Position numbers and translations under genes: made by a program. From positions 1 to 35,407 of the forward strand of contig JASLVI010000001.1 in NCBI GenBank assembly GCA_030741455.1: a stretch of DNA of 35,407 nucleotides. Direction: 5' to 3'. Positions 18,034 through 26,558 of this stretch are shown here, one piece after another. The notes below the pieces were generated by a model. That model did no database searches. It was not told the origin of the DNA and saw only the letters and a program-made list of their open reading frames with translations. The first letter of the stretch is position 1; each line of letters starts with the position of its first letter. Origin of the DNA: Candidatus Poseidoniaceae archaeon. Lineage in GTDB: Archaea; Thermoplasmatota; Poseidoniia; Poseidoniales; Poseidoniaceae.

Positions 18034-20946
18034 CTAGGATTCATCATCGGTGGATTCGATATCAATAAGTTCCAATTCAATGTCGTCAAATTCCTCTTCT
18101 TCAGGCTCTTCTGGAGCCATCTCAGTCTCCTCAACACCTTCACTCTCAAGAACTTCATGCGTCGAAGGGTCAACCATCGCAGCAAACATTTGAGCCTTCA
18201 TCTTGTTTTGGCCACGACGATACAATCCAAATCCAGCGAGAACAAGAACAGAGAGGAATAATACAATCGTCGTAGGTTCTGGATCTTCGATTTCACTCAT
18301 AATCGAGTTGAGAAGTCCGGAACTATCGGTCTTAAACTCAAAGGTTGGCTTTTGGATGTAACAGAGACTATCGGTACACTCTTGGTAATTTGTAGGCGTC
18401 ACAGTGAGTTCAAACTCAACGATTTGGCCGCTCTTGACCTTCTCAGGAGCGGTGATTTGCATTGTGAAATCTTCGGATGAAAAGGCATCGAGAGTGAAGG
18501 AGATAATCTCTCCAGAATCAAGTGTAGCATCCCATTCAGCAGGCGCATTTACAGAGATAACAACATCGACTTCAACGTTGTTGAGGTTGTCAATTCGATA
18601 TTCGACATCGATGGTCTGGCCTGATGCGATACGACTGGTTTGAGACTTCTGCTCTACGACGAGGTTACCAGGAACGACTTCTTCAGCGACTTCGATTGTG
18701 AGTGGAAGATCGAAATATCGGGGCACCTCATCACCATCAGGTTCCTCCGCAACTTGAAGATACACTACATGTTTACCTGCCTCAACTTGCTGTCGAATCG
18801 TAACCTCAACTTCAACGTCAATGTACTGCCCACCAGCGAGCGGAGCTACAAGCACAATGTTCCCTTCAATGTCCGTAATTTCATACAACCAAGTTGCATA
18901 GGCAGGATCGTTGTCAATGTTGCGCTGCAAAGCTGCTGGATTCTTGATGACCCAATTTGTCGAGCCTGCATCAAGTGTCGAATCGGTAATTCGCACGTTG
19001 TATGTAACCGTCGAGCCCGGTGCAACAGGACCAATTTGGCCGAGCACACCCCCGTCGGAATCTGAGATGACTTCTCCAACAATTCCGTATGTTCGGTGAA
19101 CAGTCCATACGACAGGGGTGGTGAAGACCTCATCAACACTGTTGTCAGAGGTGACGCTTAGTCGGACAAGAGAAATATCGTCCGCTTCTCTATCTGATGG
19201 AGGATAGGCCTCAACCTTGATGATGAGTTTCTCTCCTTGACCAATGATGGGTGTCAAAGCGTCAACACCTTGCTCAACAAGTTCAGATCCTGTTCCATTG
19301 ACGAGGAACTTCAACGTCCATCCAGGCTCAATTTCTTGGATTCGAATTCGATAACTATCATCATCAAAACCAACGTTGCTGATGCTGAGATAGAAATCAC
19401 CTACTTTGTCATAATCAACGTAATGTGAGAGATTTTCATTGTACAACTCAGGTCGATCTGATGCAAAGATTTGCTTTTGTTGCTCGACATCATCATACAC
19501 ATCGATTTGAGGTGGCCCAAATTGATTGACCTTCTCAACATTCACTGGAATCGACACCTTACGGACTTGTGAGCCACTATCGGCACCACTTGTCGAGAAA
19601 GCGTACGCCTCGATGATGATTTGGTAATTATCATTGATGGTGCTGAGGTCTTCAGGCGCTTGTACGGTAAGGAGTGGATTGACACTCGATCCACCTCCAC
19701 TAAGCGTATATCCTCCCGGGCTGTCCCAATTAGGATCCGACCAACCTGCAGGTAAAGATTGTTGAAGTTCCATCTCGATACGAAGTTCTGAAGCTACTGA
19801 CCCCGTGTGGAGGACGGCGAATTCAACGGAGGATGTCTGTCCGGGAGCAACAAGCAACTTTGGAATCTGATTAACTGGGAATTCGATGAAGATATCATGT
19901 TCAAGGAACGTAATTCCTTGTGGATGATTGTATGTGACCTCATTCCCTTGCACATCCGTAATCGTAAGGTTCAATGGATATTCACCTGAATTAATTCCAG
20001 ATTCGTAGACAAAGGTTGTGTTTCCAACCAACCCTTCGTTATCGAGTTTGAGTTCATTGTTTTCAAACTCATGATTAAACGCTGGAGATTGAATGTTCGG
20101 TTTGTCGATATTAATTGAAACTGATTCGATATCACTGCGGCCGAACGCATCTCGAACATCAACCGTTAGTTGTATTTTCCTTTGCTCTACTCGATGCGTA
20201 GGAGACCATTCTGTCTTTTCAGTTTCGCTCCAACCATCGCCGACTTCATGGATTCTGACTTGGGAACCTGCGAGCGCATTCGCTCGAAGTTCAATCATGG
20301 AAAACCCATTCGCAACTTTTCCAGCATATGCAAGTTCGAGAGAACACGAACCAAACGGGTTACTTCCGCCAGATTCACATGATGCATCTGCGCTTACCTC
20401 GAGACGAAGGCTGTCACCATCTTCAACGAGAATACTTGCATCACCCAAATCGAGATCAAAGCGGTATGAGGAAAAACCACAGTTGCTGAGAAATCCTCCA
20501 CAAGGGTCCGTCAATTGTTCCGTCATTGTAGCAACAACCGATGATCCTGAGAAGAGTGTGAATGTTACATCTGCTGTTGAACTGTTATCTGAGCTCTGAA
20601 ATTTCATGAACGCTGTAACTTTCACAATCTGTCCCGACTTGCCTTTCACCGTAAGATCGGAGAGTAATTCATTGGTTGGAAATTCAAGGCCCGCACCAAG
20701 TACACTTGCGACCACTTCGCTACCAGCCGGTTCGATTGTTGTTATGAAATCAACAGGTTGGTTGTTAACACTTTTTTGATCCAGGTACAACTCATAATCA
20801 ACAAATCCACCCGATGAAGACATGGGTTGTGAAATCTCTTCAAGCACAACTGGAGGAGGATTTTCAATTGGTATTACAGCCAGAAAGAGCGCGATGAGTA
20901 CTGCGAATACAACGGGCTTTGAAGACATGGTCATGACATCCCTCAT
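18034..20946 (-). CDS. Large membrane-anchored surface protein with repeated Ig-like (CARDB/NEW3-like) modules
   Basis: N-terminal hydrophobic signal; modules beginning APGQTSSVEF, APGSTVTYNV and ASGQTIDVEY; C-terminal TM IVLFLSVLVLAGFGLY-RR; very acidic tail. Confidence 0.82.
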   Translation of the reverse strand: MRDVMTMSSKPVVFAVLIALFLAVIPIENPPPVVLEEISQPMSSSGGFVDYELYLDQKSVNNQPVDFITTIEPAGSEVVASVLGAGLEFPTNELLSDLTVKGKSGQIVKVTAFMKFQSSDNSSTADVTFTLFSGSSVVATMTEQLTDPCGGFLSNCGFSSYRFDLDLGDASILVEDGDSLRLEVSADASCESGGSNPFGSCSLELAYAGKVANGFSMIELRANALAGSQVRIHEVGDGWSETEKTEWSPTHRVEQRKIQLTVDVRDAFGRSDIESVSINIDKPNIQSPAFNHEFENNELKLDNEGLVGNTTFVYESGINSGEYPLNLTITDVQGNEVTYNHPQGITFLEHDIFIEFPVNQIPKLLVAPGQTSSVEFAVLHTGSVASELRIEMELQQSLPAGWSDPNWDSPGGYTLSGGGSSVNPLLTVQAPEDLSTINDNYQIIIEAYAFSTSGADSGSQVRKVSIPVNVEKVNQFGPPQIDVYDDVEQQKQIFASDRPELYNENLSHYVDYDKVGDFYLSISNVGFDDDSYRIRIQEIEPGWTLKFLVNGTGSELVEQGVDALTPIIGQGEKLIIKVEAYPPSDREADDISLVRLSVTSDNSVDEVFTTPVVWTVHRTYGIVGEVISDSDGGVLGQIGPVAPGSTVTYNVRITDSTLDAGSTNWVIKNPAALQRNIDNDPAYATWLYEITDIEGNIVLVAPLAGGQYIDVEVEVTIRQQVEAGKHVVYLQVAEEPDGDEVPRYFDLPLTIEVAEEVVPGNLVVEQKSQTSRIASGQTIDVEYRIDNLNNVEVDVVISVNAPAEWDATLDSGEIISFTLDAFSSEDFTMQITAPEKVKSGQIVEFELTVTPTNYQECTDSLCYIQKPTFEFKTDSSGLLNSIMSEIEDPEPTTIVLFLSVLVLAGFGLYRRGQNKMKAQMFAAMVDPSTHEVLESEGVEETEMAPEEPEEEEFDDIELELIDIESTDDES

Positions 20947-20966
20947 AACACCCGAAGAGAGCAGGC

Positions 20967-20979
20967 GTTAAACGGTTTT
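20967..20979 (-). promoter_or_regulatory. BRE/TATA-like promoter for the 970-aa surface protein gene
   Basis: The minus strand reads AAAACCG-TTTAAC, starting about 26 nt above ATG 20946. This is consistent with a leaderless archaeal transcript. Confidence 0.5.
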
Positions 20980-21021
20980 GCATGATTTGTGCGAACAAAT
21001 TGCGTTCCTTCACAAGTTTAT

Positions 21022-21108
21022 TGGTATCGAGGGAGGGATTTGAACCCTCGAACCCATCTGGGACCGGATCTTAAGCCCGGCGCCTTTGACCACCTCAGCC
21101 ACCTCGAT
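21022..21108 (-). tRNA. tRNA-Leu (anticodon TAA), 87 nt, CCA encoded, no intron
   Basis: Cloverleaf with acceptor ATCGAGG/CCTCGAT, D-arm GCTG..TGG..AGGC, anticodon stem CCGGG-CTTAAGA-TCCGG, long variable arm CCCA-GA-TGGG, T-arm GAGGG-TTCAAAT-CCCTC, discriminator A and CCA. Confidence 0.97.
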
Positions 21109-21139
21109 GACAGGACGACTTGGCGCCTCTATGAAATCC

Positions 21140-21880
21140 TTACGAAGGATTAATGCTCCATCCACCATCAACAAAGAGTTCCTGCCCAGTGAGATACGGA
21201 GATACTGCAAAGAAGTACACTGCGCCAGCAACATCGCTTGGATCACCAGAGCGTTGAAGAGGAATTGATTGCACTATTTTGCTAAAATGTTCATGTTCCC
21301 AATCAGCCGATAAAATCGCACCAGGGGCGACACAATTTACGCGGATATTCGGAGCATATTCTCCTGCAAGATTGAGCATCAATTGACGAAGACCTGCTTT
21401 ACTCGAGGTATAATGCGAGAGTTGTTTCCACGCTTTACCCGCTGAAGTGTCGGTCAAGGCAATTATCGAACCGTTAACATCGGAAAGCGAAGTTTGCAAA
21501 CCTTGCGACAATTGAAGCGGGGCTTCGACGTGCAATCGGTTCAAAAAACGCATGGTTTCGAGTGACAATTCATCAACAGGAATTTGGCTATAGACCGAGG
21601 CATTGTGAACCAGAACATCCAATCCTCCACGCTGTTGGACAAAGGGATGGTTCGAAACCATTGAAATCAATTGATTGGTTTGCTCTTCATCCGAAAGATC
21701 ACCTTGCAGTAAGTCTGCTTTGCAACCTTTCTCAACCAGTTTAGATTTGAGCAATTCACCTGCTTCGCGAGAGGTCGATACGTGAATAAGAACTGCGTAA
21801 CCTTCTTCTGCAAATTTTTGGATGATGGACGCCCCAATACGTCGCCCGCTACCAGTCACGAAACACACCTTGGCTGGCAT
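21140..21880 (-). CDS. SDR-family oxidoreductase, pteridine reductase (PTR1/FolM)-like
   Basis: Motifs TGSGRRIG, LVHNAS, YTSSK, RVNCVAPG and TGQELFVDGG. The RRIG...IH and xxD patterns are typical of the pteridine reductase subgroup. Confidence 0.8.
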   Translation of the reverse strand: MPAKVCFVTGSGRRIGASIIQKFAEEGYAVLIHVSTSREAGELLKSKLVEKGCKADLLQGDLSDEEQTNQLISMVSNHPFVQQRGGLDVLVHNASVYSQIPVDELSLETMRFLNRLHVEAPLQLSQGLQTSLSDVNGSIIALTDTSAGKAWKQLSHYTSSKAGLRQLMLNLAGEYAPNIRVNCVAPGAILSADWEHEHFSKIVQSIPLQRSGDPSDVAGAVYFFAVSPYLTGQELFVDGGWSINPS

Positions 21881-21996
21881 GAAATCCGCTCATCATCCTC
21901 ACACATATATGCTCGTATCCTTGCAAATCATCGAATTACGCCCCTGCACACCTTTTTGATGTCCGTTCATGTGGCCTAAAACAAGGGGGGCATCGG

Positions 21997-23010
21997 ATGG
22001 CTAAAAATCTCAAAATGGCAAGCCAGAAACCATCACGTCCGCGACTCCCTTCATGGTTCCGAACAAAGTTGCCATCAGGCACACAGCAAGCCATGTTCAA
22101 TGATACAATGGATGCTGTCAAAGACAACCAACTTCACACCGTTTGTCAAGAAGCAAAATGCCCCAACATTCACGACTGCTGGTCAAGTGGTGATGCAACG
22201 TTTATGATCGCTGGAAAAGAATGCACACGTGGATGCCGTTTCTGTGCAGTAGGGACTCGAAAAACACCACCTCCATTGGATGTTGATGAACCTCAACACC
22301 TTGCTGATGCCGTAGCATCGATGAATCTCCGCCATGCGGTCATTACAGTTGTCAATCGTGATGACCTTGAAGACTCGGCAGCCGATCACTACAAACAATG
22401 TCTTGCTGCGGTTGCAGAACGAAGCCCACATGTGAGTTTGGAATTATTGTGCTCGGACCTTGCTGGTGATTTGAACGACCTCGCTCACTTACTTGAAGGA
22501 AGTCCATTACGTGTATTTGCCCACAATGTCGAGTGCGTACCACGCCTCGATTCCGTCGTTCGTGACCCTCGTGCATCGTTTGAACAGTCGATTTCAATCC
22601 TTCGAGAAGCGAAACGGCTCCGTCCGGATATGTTGACAAAATCATCGTTGATGGTTGGTGTTGGTGAAACTGATGAAGAAATCGTTGAGGCGATGAAACT
22701 GCTTCGTAATGCAGGTGTTGACTTATTGACGATTGGCCAATACCTTGCCCCCTCAAAGAATCATCTTGCTATCGACCGGTTTCCCGATCCTGAGTTGTAT
22801 GACATATGGGCGCAAAAAGCGATTGAAATGGGCTTTTCAGGTGTTGCAAGTGGACCTCTTGTCAGGTCTTCTTACAAGGCAGGCTTATTGATGCGAAAGA
22901 CGCTTGATGAAAACAATACTGAAGAAATGCCCGGCGCCTATGTGCTGGTTCAACCCAAACCAACGAACCAACATGCCTTAATGCCGAGTCATGGTGAGGT
23001 GGAACAATGA
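21997..23010 (+). CDS. lipA: Lipoyl synthase
   Basis: CQEAKCPNIHDC (CX4CX5C), CTRGCRFC radical-SAM motif and C-terminal RSSY. Confidence 0.97.
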   Translation: MAKNLKMASQKPSRPRLPSWFRTKLPSGTQQAMFNDTMDAVKDNQLHTVCQEAKCPNIHDCWSSGDATFMIAGKECTRGCRFCAVGTRKTPPPLDVDEPQHLADAVASMNLRHAVITVVNRDDLEDSAADHYKQCLAAVAERSPHVSLELLCSDLAGDLNDLAHLLEGSPLRVFAHNVECVPRLDSVVRDPRASFEQSISILREAKRLRPDMLTKSSLMVGVGETDEEIVEAMKLLRNAGVDLLTIGQYLAPSKNHLAIDRFPDPELYDIWAQKAIEMGFSGVASGPLVRSSYKAGLLMRKTLDENNTEEMPGAYVLVQPKPTNQHALMPSHGEVEQ

Positions 23011-24248
23011 CGGAGCGATTGACGGCTACGACGGCACCCTACACCATCGGAATACCTCCGTTCCGACCAGGAGAAGATGCCGATTTCGGTGGAGCTTTCA
23101 AAGAACAACCGGGCGACCTGTGGCGCCCTGATCCCACTACATGTTCCTCTGAGGATACAGCACCACATGCACGTGGACTTCTTCGTGTCCTCAACGACAA
23201 AGGTGAAGCAAAAGGCGAATGGGACCCGAAACTCGATACAAGCGAATTGATTCAAGGACTTGAATACATGATGCGTCTTCGAATTTTCGATGACCGAATG
23301 ATTAAGATGCAGCGAACAGGAAAACTCTCCTTCTACATGCGATCATTTGGAGAAGAAGCAGTAGCAATCGCTCAAACTATGGCGCTCGAAAATCAAGATT
23401 GGATTTTCCCTTCCTACCGGCAACCGGGTGCACAATTCGTGCGCGGTCGAGACATGGTCAGTATGATTTGCCACTGCATTGGAAACACCGAAGATAACGT
23501 TCGAGGGCGCCAAATGCCCGTTCACTACACCTACAAGGAAGGTCGATTCATTTCGATTTCATCACCGGTAGGCACACAATTCTCACAGGCTGTTGGCGTT
23601 GCTATGGCCAGTGCATACCAAGAAAAGGACGAGGTTTGTATTTCGTGGCTTGGCGATGGAACCTCTGCTCAAGGAGACTACCATTATGCCCTCAACTTTG
23701 CATCGACATTCAAACCGCCTGTGATTCTCAACGTTGTGAACAACCAATGGGCGATTTCAACCCACGCAAATCTCGCAACAGGTGGCCGCACATTTGCAGA
23801 GCGCGGCCTTGCCTATGACATTCCTTCCTTCAGAGTCGATGGAAACGACTTCCTCGCTCTTTACAGCATCACAAAGTGGGCCCGAGACCGAGCCAGTGCA
23901 GGCATGGGACCAACACATATCGAAGTTTACACCTATCGAGCCGGAGCGCATTCCTCTTCCGATGATCCGTCTGCCTATCGTCCAAATGATGAAGCATCAT
24001 GCTGGCCAGGTGGAGATCCAATTCAGCGTTTGAAAGAACATCTTCTTCACATTGGTGAATGGGACGAAGAGAAGCACGAGGCACTTGCACAGAAGATCGA
24101 TGACGAGGTCATGGCTGCATACAAGGAAGCCTGTGAATTCGGTGATTTGGCATCAGGGCCGTATCCACCTGCTTCAACCATTTTCACAGAAGTGTACGAA
24201 ACTGTTCCGTGGCACATTCAAGAGCAACGAGAGGAGCTAGGGAAGTGA
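23007..24248 (+). CDS. bkdA1: 2-oxoacid dehydrogenase E1 alpha subunit (likely branched-chain, 2-oxoisovalerate)
   Basis: ThDP motif GDGTSAQGD...VVNNQWAIS, plus GRQMPVHY and YRAGAHSSSDDPSAYR. The N-terminal PPFRPGEDADF resembles proteobacterial BkdA1. ATGA overlap with lipA. Confidence 0.9.
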   Translation: MTERLTATTAPYTIGIPPFRPGEDADFGGAFKEQPGDLWRPDPTTCSSEDTAPHARGLLRVLNDKGEAKGEWDPKLDTSELIQGLEYMMRLRIFDDRMIKMQRTGKLSFYMRSFGEEAVAIAQTMALENQDWIFPSYRQPGAQFVRGRDMVSMICHCIGNTEDNVRGRQMPVHYTYKEGRFISISSPVGTQFSQAVGVAMASAYQEKDEVCISWLGDGTSAQGDYHYALNFASTFKPPVILNVVNNQWAISTHANLATGGRTFAERGLAYDIPSFRVDGNDFLALYSITKWARDRASAGMGPTHIEVYTYRAGAHSSSDDPSAYRPNDEASCWPGGDPIQRLKEHLLHIGEWDEEKHEALAQKIDDEVMAAYKEACEFGDLASGPYPPASTIFTEVYETVPWHIQEQREELGK

Positions 24249-24252
24249 TATC

Positions 24253-25263
24253 ATGGCCGATATGAACATGATCAAATCCCTCAATTCCGCGCTCTCCATT
24301 TCACTCAAGCAGGACCCAAATGTCGTCATCTTTGGAGAAGATGTAGGCTTTTTCGGAGGCGTCTTCCGCGTTACTGAAGGCCTTCAGAAGGAATACGGAC
24401 CTCACCGAGTTTTCGATTCACCTCTCGCAGAAGGAGGTATCGCTGCCATTGCAATGGGCATGAGTCTTAACGGACTTCGGCCCGTTGCTGAAATTCAGTT
24501 CGCAGATTACATCTTCCCTGCGTACGATCAAATCGTCAATGAGATTGCAAAACTTCGTCACCGCTCAGGTGGCGAATTTTCATCGCCAGTTACCATTCGA
24601 ACACCTGCTGGTGGAGGTATCAAGGGAGGACATCATCACTCGCAATCACCTGAAGCTCAATTCACGCATACACCAGGATTGAAGGTCGTTTACTGTTCAA
24701 ACCCATACAATGCCAAGGGCTTGTTGCTCGCATCCATTGAATGCAATGACCCAGTTATCTTCTTTGAACCGAAGCGATGCTATCGTGGACCGTTCTATGG
24801 CGATCCACACAACGTTCCAACATGGAATGGACACCCTGATGCTGATGTTCCTGAAGATCACTACATCGTTCCTCTGGAACAAGCACGAATCGTGCGCGAG
24901 GGTTCTGCTTGTACGGTCATTGCCTACGGAACCATGGTCCATGTTGCTGAACAGGCCATCAAGGATTCAGGAATTGATTGTGAACTAATCGATCTTCAGA
25001 CGCTCGTTCCTTGGGACCGAGATACGGTTGTTAATTCCGTCAAGAAAACTGGACGTTGTGTCATCGTTCATGAAGCACCAAAGACCAGTGGATTTGGTGC
25101 GGAAATGAGTGCATCGGTCCAAGAACGATGTTTCTATCACCTTGAAGCGCCAATTCAACGTGTCACCGGATGGGACACACCATTCCCACATACAACGGAA
25201 TGGGATTACTTGCCAAGTCCTCAGCGTATCGCTGAAGCCATTAAGAAAACACAGGAGGAATAA
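24253..25263 (+). CDS. bkdA2: 2-oxoacid dehydrogenase E1 beta subunit
   Basis: Motifs FGEDVGFFGGVFR, EIQFADY, HHHSQSPE, DPVIFFEPK and KTGRCVIVHEAP. Confidence 0.92.
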   Translation: MADMNMIKSLNSALSISLKQDPNVVIFGEDVGFFGGVFRVTEGLQKEYGPHRVFDSPLAEGGIAAIAMGMSLNGLRPVAEIQFADYIFPAYDQIVNEIAKLRHRSGGEFSSPVTIRTPAGGGIKGGHHHSQSPEAQFTHTPGLKVVYCSNPYNAKGLLLASIECNDPVIFFEPKRCYRGPFYGDPHNVPTWNGHPDADVPEDHYIVPLEQARIVREGSACTVIAYGTMVHVAEQAIKDSGIDCELIDLQTLVPWDRDTVVNSVKKTGRCVIVHEAPKTSGFGAEMSASVQERCFYHLEAPIQRVTGWDTPFPHTTEWDYLPSPQRIAEAIKKTQEE

Positions 25264-25265
25264 AC

Positions 25266-26549
25266 ATGGGAACATTTGCATTCAAACTACCAGATATCGG
25301 AGAAGGCGTTGTTGAAGGTGAAGTCGTCGAATGGATGGTCGCCGTTGGTGATACTGTCAAGGAAGACGATCCGATTCTTTCGGTTATGACCGATAAGGCA
25401 ACCGTCGAAATTCCAGCACCATGCGATGGAACCGTCACTAAAATCATTGGTGAAGCAGGTGACATCCTACCAGTCGGTGTTGTTTGTATAGAATTCGAAG
25501 TTGATGGTGATGGAAACGCATCAGCAAGCGAACCTGAGCCTGAAGCACCTGCTGTCGAAGAGGCGCCTGAGCCTGCAGCAGAGCCTGAACCAGAACCTGC
25601 TCCAGCACCCGAACCAACGCCTGCACCTGTTGCAGTTGCAGGACCGGCAGTTGAGCGTGCACCAGGTACGAAGCCACTTGCCGCACCTGCAGTTCGACAG
25701 CGGGCACGTGATGCTGGCGTCGATTTGTACCACGTTGCTGGATCTGGCCCTGCTGGAAGAATCACGCACGCTGACCTTGATGTTCATCTCAGTGGAGGTG
25801 CATCTCGTGCCTCTTCATCCATGCCGATGGGCAGTTCTGCAAAGGTTGCCAAGACTGGAACTGAAGAAATCAAGGTCATCGGATTGCGACGAAAGATTGC
25901 TGATTCGATGATGGCATCCTACAGTACCATCCCTCACTTCTCCTACTTTGAAGAGGTCGATGTAACCGAACTTGAATCACTACGACAGCATCTCAATGCA
26001 ACTCGACCAGAAGGTGCTCCAAAGCTCACCTATCTACCATTCATCATGCTCGCCCTCGTTAAGGGACTTGGACAGCGTCCTGAATGCAACGCTTTGTTCG
26101 ATGATGAAGCAGGTGTTGTCACTCGACACGAAGCTGTTCATCTCGGCATTGCAACACAAACCGATCGTGGACTCTACGTTCCAGTCGTCAAGCACGTCGA
26201 AGCAATGGATGTTTGGACCGCTGCAGCAGAAATGGGTCGAGTTACACAAGCGACTCGAGACGGAAAAGCAGGTGTTGACGAACTCACAGGTTCGACATTC
26301 ACAATCACCAGTCTTGGCAGAATGGGTGGTCTTGGAGCAACACCGATCATCAACAAGCCTGAGGTTGGAATCCTTGGCGTTCACAATGCCAAAGATCGTG
26401 CTGTGGTTATCGATGGCCGAGTTGAAGTTCGTCGAATCATGAATCTCTCCTCCTCATGGGACCACCGTGTTGTGGATGGGCATGATGGTGCAAGTCTTGT
26501 TCAACTGCTCAAGTCGATGCTGGAGCACCCAGCAACCATCTTCATGTGA
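25266..26549 (+). CDS. bkdB: Dihydrolipoamide acyltransferase E2 (one lipoyl domain)
   Basis: Lipoyl motif VMTDKATVE, Pro/Glu/Ala linker, E3-binding APAVRQRAR...GSGPAGRI and catalytic DHRVVDG. Confidence 0.92.
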   Translation: MGTFAFKLPDIGEGVVEGEVVEWMVAVGDTVKEDDPILSVMTDKATVEIPAPCDGTVTKIIGEAGDILPVGVVCIEFEVDGDGNASASEPEPEAPAVEEAPEPAAEPEPEPAPAPEPTPAPVAVAGPAVERAPGTKPLAAPAVRQRARDAGVDLYHVAGSGPAGRITHADLDVHLSGGASRASSSMPMGSSAKVAKTGTEEIKVIGLRRKIADSMMASYSTIPHFSYFEEVDVTELESLRQHLNATRPEGAPKLTYLPFIMLALVKGLGQRPECNALFDDEAGVVTRHEAVHLGIATQTDRGLYVPVVKHVEAMDVWTAAAEMGRVTQATRDGKAGVDELTGSTFTITSLGRMGGLGATPIINKPEVGILGVHNAKDRAVVIDGRVEVRRIMNLSSSWDHRVVDGHDGASLVQLLKSMLEHPATIFM

Positions 26550-26558
26550 GGTGTTTGG

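Noticed and set aside
9561..20599. Many 60-200-aa alternative-frame and antisense ORFs inside the two large surface genes (and similarly inside gdhA, bkd and hem genes)
   Set aside because: These are shadow ORFs produced by codon bias of the real genes. They have no recognisable motifs or independent start signals.
20985..21000. Small hairpin ATTTGT-GCGA-ACAAAT downstream of the tRNA
   Set aside because: It is only a 6-bp AT-rich stem. It could aid tRNA termination but is too weak to call.
21022..21060. tRNA 3' end as an integration site for the adjacent surface-protein genes
   Set aside because: I saw no duplicate of the tRNA 3' end, no integrase and no obvious compositional break in the window (by-eye search only).
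25530..25640. Short GAGCCT/GAACCT/GCACCT repeats in the E2 gene
   Set aside because: They encode the ordinary Pro/Glu/Ala flexible linker of E2 subunits.
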